Source: an uncultured Gammaproteobacteria bacterium | GTDB taxonomy: Bacteria > Pseudomonadota > Gammaproteobacteria > Coxiellales > Coxiellaceae | DNA length: 64,000 bases | Direction of reading: 5' to 3' | NCBI GenBank assembly: GCA_963711375.1 | Contig: CAVQDV010000002.1 | Span: 12,649-76,648 of the forward strand | Shown: piece by piece, positions 1 to 8,451 of the stretch | How positions within the stretch are numbered: the stretch's first letter is position 1 | Layout of the letters: every line of letters starts with the position of its first letter | Notes under the pieces: model-generated | Told to the model about the DNA's origin: nothing | What the model saw: only the letters and a program-made list of their open reading frames with translations | The model's database searches: none | Position numbers and translations under genes: made by a program

Positions 1-72
1 AACGTCACTTTTGCCCCTGTAAACGGCGCTTTCGACCCCGTAAACGTCACTCCCTGTCCTGTAAATGTCACC
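1..72. repeat. Iteron-like direct repeats (CCYGTAAAYGKCRC): three full copies plus one cut by the window edge, about 21 bp periodicity
   Basis: Copies read at 16-29, 37-50 and 58-72, with a partial copy at 1-8. The reverse-complement form GGTGACRTYTACRGG recurs at 4147, 5791, 5945 and 5965. Confidence 0.7.
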
Positions 73-257
73 AAAAAATATTTATCTACCTGAAAGCATT
101 AAAAAAATTTAAGACTAAACAACAAATAAATATATTAAAAATTAAAACACGTTGTGTTTATCTTGTAAATAAGAAATTTTAATAAATTATTGTATTTTCA
201 TAAAAAGGTGGTTAAATTAGAATAACTGTGAAATTTCAACTTCTAGGGAAATAAACT
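73..257. other. Very AT-rich tract between iterons and parA; candidate oriV unwinding region and parA promoter
   Basis: Long A/T runs directly abut the iteron array, which is the classical iteron-plasmid origin layout. No convincing DnaA box was found. Confidence 0.4.
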
Positions 258-1472
258 ATGTTGGATACTCAAATTAATCCCTACGGGACGGAACAACCCG
301 AACTATTAATGGACAAATTTTATCAAGCCGGCAATGAAATGCTTTTAACCTTGAGAAATTTTGTGACAAGTCCTGATAAACGAAAAAGACCCAGAACCTG
401 GGGTGCAACGGAAGCCGCCAAAATGGTGGGAGTTTCCGATCCCACGTTTCGAAAATTACAGGACACAAACCCGAATATTCCTGGCATTTTAGCTGAAACT
501 TCTAGCAATGGCCGAAAGGTAAAAAAATATACGCTTTCTGCCATTAATGCGCTACGTGAGAAAGCGAATACTCGTTATGTCAGGCCAGTAGGCGCTCGTC
601 CACTAACCATTGCCGTTTCCAATTTAAAGGGTGGTGTTGGAAAAACGGAAACTACCGTCGATTTAGGAAAAAAGTTTGCCATAGAAGGTTTACGCGCCCT
701 TCTCCTGGATTTTGATGCACAGGGTTCAGCCACGCTTCTCAGTTCAGGACTTATTCCAGATCTTGAACTGCGTTATGAAGATACCATTACCAATTGTTTA
801 ATTTCCGATCCCAGCAATATTCGGAAAGTCATTTTAAAAACCCATTTTGATGGCTTTGATATTATTCCAGCCAATTTGGCGATCCAAGATTGCGATTTAA
901 TGTTGCCCAATGAAAAAGAAAACAATCATGAACGTTTAGGTTCCTCATTTATGCGATTATCCGAATCTTTAAAAATTATTAAAAACGATTATGATGTTAT
1001 TTTAATTGATTGTGGGCCTAATTTGGGTTTACTGACTTTAAATGCGATTATTGCTTGTGATGGCATGATTATCCCAATTCCGCCCAGCATGAACGATTAT
1101 TCAAGCTTTATCATGTACACGGCGACCTTGCGGAACATGTTCAGAGAACTTTCGACGAAAAAATTAGAATATCTGAGAATTTTGTTATCAAAGCACACGG
1201 GAAGTAATGAAGCCTTACAAATGGAAAGCATGATGCGAGAGCAATTTGGCCGGTATATTTTAACCAATCACATGTGTGAAACGGTTGAAGTTTCTAAAGC
1301 GGCCAATGAGATTGGAACCATTTATGATGTCTCCAAGCCACGGGGAAGTCGGGAGGCTCATCGTAGGGCTCTGCAACATCTGGATGATGTGAATATGGAA
1401 ATCATTAATAACTTTAAAGAAATTTGGCGTAAGCAAGCCAGCCTAAAAGCGGGAGAAAGTAATGGACAATAG
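258..1472 (+). CDS. parA: ParA-type partition ATPase (long N-terminal extension, type Ia-like)
   Basis: 404 aa. Deviant Walker A KGGVGKTETT. Overlaps the downstream parB by 11 nt. Confidence 0.9.
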   Translation: MLDTQINPYGTEQPELLMDKFYQAGNEMLLTLRNFVTSPDKRKRPRTWGATEAAKMVGVSDPTFRKLQDTNPNIPGILAETSSNGRKVKKYTLSAINALREKANTRYVRPVGARPLTIAVSNLKGGVGKTETTVDLGKKFAIEGLRALLLDFDAQGSATLLSSGLIPDLELRYEDTITNCLISDPSNIRKVILKTHFDGFDIIPANLAIQDCDLMLPNEKENNHERLGSSFMRLSESLKIIKNDYDVILIDCGPNLGLLTLNAIIACDGMIIPIPPSMNDYSSFIMYTATLRNMFRELSTKKLEYLRILLSKHTGSNEALQMESMMREQFGRYILTNHMCETVEVSKAANEIGTIYDVSKPRGSREAHRRALQHLDDVNMEIINNFKEIWRKQASLKAGESNGQ

Positions 1473-2481
1473 CAAAAGGAATATTCACAATTCTGGTCCC
1501 CTAGGAATGTTGGTAAAGACCGGCCAAGTGAAACGAATCGATCATCCTCTAGAAGAAAAAGAGGCTGATCTTAGCTTACAAACGCCACAACATAAAACAC
1601 CGGCGCCCTATTTTAAAACGGCATCTGGTATTGAATTTGTCGAACACGAGTTGATTTATATTGATCCGAGAGAATGTGAGCCTTGGAAATACGCCAATCG
1701 ACAGGATCAGGAACTTGGTGATATGGATGAGCTCATTGAGTCGATAAAAACCAACAAACAATTACAACCGGCGCTCATCAGAAAACACCCTAACCCGCAT
1801 GATCAAATCCGATATGAAATAATATTTGGCCGAAGACGACATTTGGCTTGTTTGAAATTGGGGATTCCGTTTCTGGCCATCCGTAAAGAAATTCCGAATG
1901 CCCAGGAGGCCATTGCTTCGCAAGATGCGGAAAATAAATTCAGAAAGGACGTCAGTTATTATTCAAATGCGATGCTCTATCAGCGTATTCTGAAAGATGG
2001 CATTTTTAAAACCGATAAAGAATTAGCGGATAAGCTCAGAATGTCGGCTTCCAGTTTAAATGAGTTGTTGGCGTTTGCCAAAATTCCGGAACATATCATT
2101 AAAAAAATTCCCAATGTGCATCGCTTATCCAAAAGTTTTGCCGTAAAAATCCAGATGCTTTCAAATAAATCCGTTAAGCATGAGACAATTCTTTCGGATT
2201 TAGCACCCAACATTGGCGAATCTATTAACTCCCCTGCCCGTCTTGAAAAAATCGTATTCAATAAGATTGAAAATAATGAGGCTATTCCGCCAAAAACCGA
2301 AAGTAAGCCATACAAGCTGAGTAATGGTAAGAAGCTATTTACCTTCAAATATGATCAACGTGGGATGCCCTGCATTGTGTTTAACCCACAGGAGATTCCG
2401 TTCATTAACATGGAAACCCTTTGCGATGCGATTAAACACACTATCGAAGGTATCAGGTCGAAAAATGGATACCAGAATTAG
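1462..2481 (+). CDS. parB: ParB/Spo0J-family partition protein
   Basis: 339 aa. ParB box IIFGRRRHLACLKLG. Translationally overlapped with parA. Confidence 0.85.
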   Translation: MDNSKRNIHNSGPLGMLVKTGQVKRIDHPLEEKEADLSLQTPQHKTPAPYFKTASGIEFVEHELIYIDPRECEPWKYANRQDQELGDMDELIESIKTNKQLQPALIRKHPNPHDQIRYEIIFGRRRHLACLKLGIPFLAIRKEIPNAQEAIASQDAENKFRKDVSYYSNAMLYQRILKDGIFKTDKELADKLRMSASSLNELLAFAKIPEHIIKKIPNVHRLSKSFAVKIQMLSNKSVKHETILSDLAPNIGESINSPARLEKIVFNKIENNEAIPPKTESKPYKLSNGKKLFTFKYDQRGMPCIVFNPQEIPFINMETLCDAIKHTIEGIRSKNGYQN

Positions 2482-2484
2482 GTG

Positions 2485-2520
2485 AAAATTCGGATATCCG
2501 AATTCGGATATCCGAATTTT
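2485..2520. promoter_or_regulatory. Perfect 36-bp palindrome (two overlapping TTCGGATATCCGAA units); candidate parS centromere and/or rep operator
   Basis: AAAATTCGGATATCCGAATTCGGATATCCGAATTTT equals its own reverse complement. It lies 3 nt after the parB stop and 15 nt before the rep start. Confidence 0.6.
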
Positions 2521-2534
2521 ACGGTTCACACTGA

Positions 2535-3836
2535 ATGGATGCACATATGGAAATTAGTACAGTACAAGAAAAACGTTCTGAGCTCAAAAAGCATGTGAAT
2601 GCCATTCATTGCTCTAATAACCTGTCCTTAATGCAAAGAAAGCTATTTAATGCCTTACTGTTTAATGCGTATCCCGAGCTGCCGCATCGATCTCAGTTTC
2701 AGATCACCAGTAAGGAGCTCTGTCGGTTAATTGGATTCAATAGTAATGATTATGCAAGACTCAAAAATGCGCTGAAAGGGCTTATGTCTATCGTTATTGA
2801 GTGGGATGTTTTAGATAGGGCCGATGAAAAGGACTCATGGAAGGCCAGTACTATCTTAGCGTCGGTTGAGTTAAAGAATGGCCTTTGCTCCTATGAATAC
2901 AGCCAAGTGATGAGTCAATATCTTTACCAACCTGAAATTTATGGCCGCATTAACATTGAGTTGGTGGCAAAGTTTAAATCCAGTTATGCCTTAGCCTTAT
3001 ATGAAAATTGCATTCGCTACCAAAACTTGCCTCAAACTCCCTGGTTTCCAATAGCGGTATTCAGGCCATTGATGGGCGTTGAAGAGGGAAAATACAAAGA
3101 GTTTAAAGCCTTTAAACGCCGAGTGCTGGATATTGCTATAGACGAAGTCAATAACATTTCACCCATCAAGATCGTTCCGGAAATTGATAGAAGAAATCAG
3201 TCCGTTACTCGAGTTCGTTTCCTGCTGGATAAGAATGGGCCTATTGATGCGGCTAAGCTTATGGTTGATCAGACCGTTTCTTCAGACGTCAAGACTTCTT
3301 TAATTGAGGTTTTTGGCTTCTCAGACGAAAAAGTGAAAGATATATTGGGTCAATACGAAGTAAATTATGTGAGAGAAAAAATTGATCAAATCCGATCGTC
3401 GAAGAGTTTCTTGTCGGGAAAAATTGAAGGCGTGGCGGGTTACTTAATTGACTCGCTTCGCCATGACTACAAAGCCAATAAATCCAGTAAAACTCTTGTT
3501 GCTGAGTTACGTTTAAAAAAGGTTCTCGAAGAAAAGGCTGAAGAGAGCCATGAAGAAGACTTGAAAAATCGTTATTCCCTCTATGTGAATAAGAAAATCC
3601 AAACTTACCTTTCAGGACTCACTGAACAACAGACAGGGGATTTAAAAGCGGAATTTGAACTCAAGGTGGTCAAAGAGAATGCCGTTTTGCATAAATGGTA
3701 TATCAAACATGGACTGGATCACCCTGGAACTAAGGCCAGTTTCAACACATTTGTTCGAACTGTTGGAGGTCACTTCATTGGGGAGATTTTGTCCTTTGAA
3801 TCGTTCATCCAGTTTCTAAAAGACTTTAATGAATAG
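2535..3836 (+). CDS. Plasmid replication initiator (Rep, iteron-type, winged-helix-like)
   Basis: 433 aa. N-terminal NNLSLMQRKLFNALLFNAYPEL resembles Rep_3-type initiators. It sits next to parAB and is flanked by iterons. The start could be 2547. Confidence 0.6.
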   Translation: MDAHMEISTVQEKRSELKKHVNAIHCSNNLSLMQRKLFNALLFNAYPELPHRSQFQITSKELCRLIGFNSNDYARLKNALKGLMSIVIEWDVLDRADEKDSWKASTILASVELKNGLCSYEYSQVMSQYLYQPEIYGRINIELVAKFKSSYALALYENCIRYQNLPQTPWFPIAVFRPLMGVEEGKYKEFKAFKRRVLDIAIDEVNNISPIKIVPEIDRRNQSVTRVRFLLDKNGPIDAAKLMVDQTVSSDVKTSLIEVFGFSDEKVKDILGQYEVNYVREKIDQIRSSKSFLSGKIEGVAGYLIDSLRHDYKANKSSKTLVAELRLKKVLEEKAEESHEEDLKNRYSLYVNKKIQTYLSGLTEQQTGDLKAEFELKVVKENAVLHKWYIKHGLDHPGTKASFNTFVRTVGGHFIGEILSFESFIQFLKDFNE

Positions 3837-4146
3837 AGAACCCATTCTCAATTTTCTAAACCCATCCAATGGTCGCTTTGCAGATCGATCTCTGCTTCAC
3901 CGAGGCTGGTTTCATTTTAATTTTACCATTAAAGCAAGTGCCAGCCGCCCCAACGGCGTTCATAGACTTTCTAGTTTTAATCATTAGAGAACTCATCTTG
4001 GCTCATTATTGTGGGATTGTCTCCTAAAAAAAAGCTCGAATCAGCTAGGTTTGCCACGCATTGCATTTTTTTTATAAAACAATCCAGTGAATTTGAAACC
4101 AATCTGATCGCGCTGATAGGAAAAAATAGTGCTGGGACGTACTAGG

Positions 4147-4161
4147 GGTGACGTTTACAGG
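4147..4161. repeat. Iteron copy in inverted orientation (GGTGACGTTTACAGG)
   Basis: Reverse complement of the motif at 1-72. It lies 10 nt before the split hairpin that carries the IS. Confidence 0.6.
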
Positions 4162-4182
4162 ATATTTTTCAGGAGTTCCGCT

Positions 4183-4442
4183 ATGTGCATAGTCAAGTAG
4201 AACCGTAAAAAAATCCCTCCCGGTTAAATCCAATATGGATAACGGGTCATATACCATCCTTGAGCACTTAGCTTGATACCAAACACATCGACAACGTTAT
4301 TTAAAAACCTTTATAGGCCAATCTGCTATTCGTGGTTATTTCCGTAAAAATACGCACAAGTTGTCCGTTCGATTTATAAAAATGCGTGCCCCAAACTCGC
4401 TAACGTGGCTGCCCCTACCAAGGTAAGAGCCCACAGGAACTG
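4183..4442 (-). ncRNA. Candidate bridge/seek guide RNA locus in the 3' non-coding arm of the IS
   Basis: The non-coding arm downstream of the transposase is 260 nt, against 91 nt upstream. The octamer AACTCGCT (4394-4401) repeats the terminal 8 nt of the opposite IS end (5627-5634). RNA structure was not evaluated. Confidence 0.3.
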
Positions 4443-5543
4443 CTACGAGGTCACGCAATCGTAATTGTTAGCATCAGCTTCTGTCGCTTGCAAGGATTTT
4501 ATTTCATACAGCACACCCTGTTGTACACAGGATCTCAATCGGCCTGCCAGCTTTCTGGCTATCGCCACAATAGCTCTCTTACCTCCCCTTGTACTGGCAA
4601 TGCGGTTATAGGCTTCTTTTAATACAGAATCCTGTTGAATAGCAATCCAGGCTGATTCAACAAACATATGACGAAGCACTGCTCGTCCCTGACGACTCAT
4701 GTGGCCTTGACGAACGCGTTCGCCAGATGAATATTCAACTGGTGTAAATCCCAAGTAATTAAATAATTTTTTTTCGTTCGTAAATTGACTCATATCCCCG
4801 AGCTCATCTTTCAACTTTAATGCTGTGATATCCCCAATTCCCGGCGCACTTTTGTAGATAGATAAAAGCGCTTTTTCCTTATCCGTTTGCATTTCCATTA
4901 GTTCACGCTCTATTTTTTTTAAATCCTCTGTAAATCTTAACCATTGATCAGAATAGTGCCTTAACGAGTAATAATAGCCCATTGGATAATTTAATTCTTT
5001 CACCTGTTCTACTTTTTTTCCAAGCCACGTTTTGCATAATATTGTATCGTCGTCCATTTTAATTAATCCTTGAGTAAATAATAATCCTTTAATTTTTTGC
5101 CCGACTTGATGTCGAAGCTTAACGATATTATTCCTCAATCGGGAGGCACTACGTTTTGCTTCTTGTTCAAGACTAGGAATATAAATACACTTCAAGCGCC
5201 CGGCCGCTAATTGCACCGCTATTTTTTTAGCATCTCGCTTGTCGGTTTTTACGCGATCTCTTGTTGCCACCTCTATCGAACCTGGATGAATGACTCGGTT
5301 TTTTATTCCGGCTTTTAGCAGCTCCCGATGAAGGTGGAACCCCGAAAATCCTGCTTCGTAGGCGGATTCAACCTGAGCATTTACAAAACAATTTTGAATA
5401 TAATTAATTAACGTCGCTGGGTCGGCCGGCATCGTATCTTTTTTAATCACTTCACCCTCGCAAACGCTAACACAGGCGTACGTTTTTTTGTGTACATCTA
5501 TGCCTAGATAAACTGTTTTTCCAGTATAATCGTATTTCCCCAT
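4443..5543 (-). CDS. IS110-family DEDD transposase/recombinase
   Basis: 366 aa. Motifs YLGIDVHKKTY, KTDKRDAKKIA, APGIGDITALKL and FTPVEYSSGE are typical of IS110/IS1111 transposases. Confidence 0.9.
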   Translation of the reverse strand: MGKYDYTGKTVYLGIDVHKKTYACVSVCEGEVIKKDTMPADPATLINYIQNCFVNAQVESAYEAGFSGFHLHRELLKAGIKNRVIHPGSIEVATRDRVKTDKRDAKKIAVQLAAGRLKCIYIPSLEQEAKRSASRLRNNIVKLRHQVGQKIKGLLFTQGLIKMDDDTILCKTWLGKKVEQVKELNYPMGYYYSLRHYSDQWLRFTEDLKKIERELMEMQTDKEKALLSIYKSAPGIGDITALKLKDELGDMSQFTNEKKLFNYLGFTPVEYSSGERVRQGHMSRQGRAVLRHMFVESAWIAIQQDSVLKEAYNRIASTRGGKRAIVAIARKLAGRLRSCVQQGVLYEIKSLQATEADANNYDCVTS

Positions 5544-5634
5544 GAGTTCTCTCCTTGTAGGTTGTTTGAAGTAAACGCAAGTTTACTCGGAGGGATTCTC
5601 TTGGGGTACCTCTAATGCAACATAGCAACTCGCT

Positions 5635-5766
5635 TCAGCGGGAACTCCTTCCTGGTTTTAACGCTGGCGCGGTGGGAGACCCACCGCTGGCGCCTAGGGG
5701 GAGCCTTGCTCCCCCTAGGGACCCCCAGCTTTTTGCAGCAATTCCCGCTTTAGCGGGAATTGCTGG
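5635..5766. repeat. GC-rich composite palindromic element, copy 1 (three hairpin modules); its terminal hairpin is the IS target
   Basis: Hairpins CCTAGGGGGAGCCTTGCTCCCCCTAGG, GGTGGGAGACCCACC and GCAGCAATTCCCGCTTTAGCGGGAATTGCTGG. An inverted copy lies at 6026-6264. Confidence 0.75.
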
Positions 5767-5790
5767 ATATTTTTAAAATTCTTCATTTGG

Positions 5791-5806
5791 GAGTGACATT
5801 TACGGG
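5791..5806. repeat. Iteron copy (GAGTGACATTTACGGG)
   Basis: Matches the iteron consensus in inverted orientation. Confidence 0.55.
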
Positions 5807-5944
5807 ATACTGAAATCAATGCCCTGGTCAGAGGAAAATATGAGCAAACAGATCTTTTTTAGTACGATCTTTTTTGTTTTTTCGGAAAATTCAGCAATAA
5901 TGTCAGTATCAGCCTTTGATTTAATCGATAAAATTACCTGAAGG

Positions 5945-5980
5945 GGTGACATTTACAGGATGGGGGTGACGTCTACAGGA
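5945..5980. repeat. Two tandem iteron copies (GGTGACATTTACAGGA, GGTGACGTCTACAGGA), 20 bp apart
   Basis: Direct reading; same motif as at 1-72 in the opposite orientation. Confidence 0.65.
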
Positions 5981-6025
5981 TGAAATAAAGAGACTCATTT
6001 AAATAAAATAGCTCAATAATTCAAA

Positions 6026-6264
6026 CTAAAGCGGGAATTGCTACAAAAAGCTGACGTCCTAGGGGGAGCAAGGCTCACTGCCATTGAATTAAGGATATCT
6101 GATACCCGATCGCTAAATTTTCAGAAGCTGATTCTGAAGCTTGTGTTTTAGGGGAATGCCTTAATTCAATGGCAGTGGAGCAAGGCTCCCCCTAGGCGCC
6201 AGCGGGCATCCCCACCGCGCCAGCGTTAATGCCAGGAAGGAGTTCCCGCTTAAGCGGGAACTCC
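6026..6264. repeat. GC-rich composite palindromic element, copy 2 (inverted relative to copy 1), interrupted by a 100-bp insert
   Basis: The reverse complement of 5635-5766 aligns over its whole length apart from the insert at 6077-6176 and a truncated outer arm of the first hairpin. It contains the intact hairpin GGAGTTCCCGCTTAAGCGGGAACTCC at 6239-6264. Confidence 0.75.
6077..6176. mobile_element. MITE-like 100-bp element with 18-bp perfect terminal inverted repeats
   Basis: ACTGCCATTGAATTAAGG (6077-6094) and CCTTAATTCAATGGCAGT (6159-6176). Flanked by the direct repeat GGAGCAAGGCTC (6065-6076 and 6177-6188). Absent from copy 1 of the host element. Confidence 0.65.
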
Positions 6265-6419
6265 TGAAAATAGCTTAGGTTTAGCAGTATAGCTTAGGAT
6301 GTCAAAATTGTTTCACGTAGAACACGAGCTTAGTGCCATAAGTTTATTGCTTGCGTAGATGTCAACTGGAAAGTATGCTAGCCTTAATTCGATTTACAAA
6401 CTAAACGTGAGTTTATAGC

Positions 6420-7202
6420 GTGTCAGATAATGGGAAAATAGAAAAAATGCGTAAGGCGGGTCAATTAACGGCCCAGGTATTAGAGGCCGTCAGCGAATTT
6501 ATTAAACCCGGCTTAACCACCTTAGAGCTCGATGCTTTTTGCGAAAATTTTATTGTTAATACACTAAAGGCCATTCCAGGCAGCAAAGGACAATATGGTT
6601 ATCCATTTACGATCAATACCTCTCTCAATAATGTTGTTTGCCACGGAATGCCCAATGATAAACCGCTTAAGAGTGGTGATATCGTCAATGTGGATGTGAC
6701 AGTGATATCTGAGGGTCATTACGGCGATAGTAGTAAAATGTTTTGCATCGGAAAAGTTGCTCCCCATGCCTTAAGGCTAGTGAACGTCACGCAGGAATGT
6801 CTTTATAAGGGAATAATGGCCGTCAAACCAGGAGCTACATTAGGCGACATTGGTCATGCTATTCAAACTCATGCGGAAAAAAATCATTACACAGTGGTAC
6901 GAGAATATTGTGGTCATGGCATTGGAACGAAAATGCACGAAGATCCCCAGGTTTTGCATTGGGGTAAAAAGGACACGGGTGTAGTGCTAAAGCCGGGTAT
7001 GACTTTCACTATCGAACCTATGATTAATCAAGGGAAGCGGGATGTAAAGGTGCTACAGGATGGTTGGAGTGTGGTGACGCGGGACAGGTCATTGTCCGCA
7101 CAGTGGGAGCACACAATTTTAGTGACCGAAACCGGATTTGAAATTTTAACCCTGCGAAAGGAAGAGCAGGCGCTTGTTGAGCAATACTCGGAACGGTCAT
7201 AA
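6420..7202 (+). CDS. map: Type I methionine aminopeptidase
   Basis: 260 aa, GTG start. All metal-ligand contexts are present (DIVNVDVT, YGDSSKMF, CGHGIG, FTIEPM, WEHTILV). Confidence 0.9.
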   Translation: MSDNGKIEKMRKAGQLTAQVLEAVSEFIKPGLTTLELDAFCENFIVNTLKAIPGSKGQYGYPFTINTSLNNVVCHGMPNDKPLKSGDIVNVDVTVISEGHYGDSSKMFCIGKVAPHALRLVNVTQECLYKGIMAVKPGATLGDIGHAIQTHAEKNHYTVVREYCGHGIGTKMHEDPQVLHWGKKDTGVVLKPGMTFTIEPMINQGKRDVKVLQDGWSVVTRDRSLSAQWEHTILVTETGFEILTLRKEEQALVEQYSERS

Positions 7203-7357
7203 ATAGTACATCCCTCTCTCCTATTCATCCACGAGCCAAACGATATTTTTGTTCTTTTTTTCCCTAGGACATTAAAAAAATTGAGCAATAGAGTCGCTAT
7301 TCCTGAGTTTTTTTAATGTACTATCACAAAAAAAACTAAGTCCTGGTCACGTAAAGC

Positions 7358-8305
7358 TCACTCCACTTTGGATTTTTCCATGTATAACAATTGGAGATAG
7401 AGCATTTCGGTAAGCGGCATAGAAACCTTATGTTTTTTCGCTATCTGTAGGGCATTGTGAAAAATGGCTCGCAGTTCCATTGGTCTTTTGGCATCATAAT
7501 CATCTTTCAGGCTTGGATAGCTTTTTTCCATATTTTTAAAGGCCTCAAATTTTTGGAGACGAGACTCGTAAAAATCATCGGGTATGGTAGCGCCACATTT
7601 TTTTGCAGCACATATAACTTCTATTGTGATTATTTTTAGCAAATCAAAACTTGGGGCGCTTTCAACAAGCTCCCGAGTGCTAGCATTTAGCACCACCGAG
7701 AGCCCGCTGCTGGGTATGTTAGCCATCAGTTTCTTCCATTTTATCGTAGAAAGATGCGCTGAAGCCACGCTGTCTAGTCCGGCCATTTTAAAATCTTCCG
7801 CGATTTCAGTGGCCCTTTCTGAAACCTCTTTTCGCGCATCATCCGTGTAATACTGAGCCCATTCAAAGGTCTTAAAACCAAAATGCTTAATCGTTCCAGG
7901 TGAAATTTTCGTGACTTTCAGAATACAACTTCCACCGACAATTTTTTCCGGTTCAACAAATGCCGCTATTTCATCTTCGATTCCGATTCCATTTTGAAGC
8001 AGGACAACGGTAGTCTTCGCATGGAGAAGGTCAAGCAATGCATTTTTTAAAATGGCATTTTCAGTGGTTTTTAGCGTAATTAAGACCACATCGCAGCGAG
8101 GCATGCTGTTGATATCGGGATAGACTTTTACAGGAGCGGAAATGATCTTATTATTTTCGATAATACTGAGCCCATTTTTTTGAACATATGAATAGTCGCT
8201 TCGCAATAAACAATGGACATCAAATCCGGCTTGATACAATTTCACGGCGCAATATCCACCTACAGCTCCAGTGCCAATAATGGCATAAGATTTTTTCTTT
8301 TTCAC
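7358..8305 (-). CDS. panE: 2-dehydropantoate 2-reductase (ketopantoate reductase family)
   Basis: 315 aa. N-terminal Rossmann IIGTGAVGGY. C-terminal ApbA/PanE-like region (SLKDDYDAKRPMELRAI). Confidence 0.7.
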   Translation of the reverse strand: MKKKKSYAIIGTGAVGGYCAVKLYQAGFDVHCLLRSDYSYVQKNGLSIIENNKIISAPVKVYPDINSMPRCDVVLITLKTTENAILKNALLDLLHAKTTVVLLQNGIGIEDEIAAFVEPEKIVGGSCILKVTKISPGTIKHFGFKTFEWAQYYTDDARKEVSERATEIAEDFKMAGLDSVASAHLSTIKWKKLMANIPSSGLSVVLNASTRELVESAPSFDLLKIITIEVICAAKKCGATIPDDFYESRLQKFEAFKNMEKSYPSLKDDYDAKRPMELRAIFHNALQIAKKHKVSMPLTEMLYLQLLYMEKSKVE

Positions 8306-8451
8306 TGAACCTCCTTAGAAAGCGATTTTGAAAAGCTTTTCTGCAAGCTTTTTCTATTTCTTAAAATTCGTATATATATCTATAATATAAAGAACTTCAA
8401 TTTTACCATTTTTCTAGTATGGTTCGAACCTAGTTTAATTTTTGGGTATTT

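Larger units (their letters stand above)
4183..5634 (-). mobile_element. IS110-family insertion sequence, IS1111-like subgroup (about 1452 bp)
   Basis: Boundaries were inferred by comparing the split hairpin (GGAGTTCCGCT 4172-4182 and TCAGCGGGAACTCC 5635-5648) with the intact hairpin at 6239-6264. CGCT is present at both junctions. There are no terminal IRs, but there are 9-bp subterminal IRs (4212-4220 and 5589-5597). Confidence 0.7.

Noticed and set aside
80-95. Possible DnaA box (TTATCTACC)
   Set aside because: It has two mismatches to TTATCCACA and occurs only once, which is not enough to call.
274-544. Antisense ORFs 274-468 and 323-544 inside parA. The same kind of ORF occurs elsewhere, for example 1980-2348, 11362-11682, 12018-12362, 32702-33094, 36526-36841, 37072-37392, 58405-58698 and 60369-60931.
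   Set aside because: They are fully embedded, antisense or out of frame, within genes that have strong family motifs. They have no RBS and no recognisable motifs, so they are typical six-frame noise in AT-rich DNA.
4072-4257. 61-aa ORF on the minus strand
   Set aside because: It spans an iteron, the split hairpin and the IS terminus, so it cannot be a coherent gene.
1-6000. Whether the short repeated motifs could be a CRISPR array
   Set aside because: The repeats are 14-16 bp with 5-8 bp between copies and occur in both orientations. There are no 28-37-bp repeats with unique spacers and no cas genes. Iterons explain them better.
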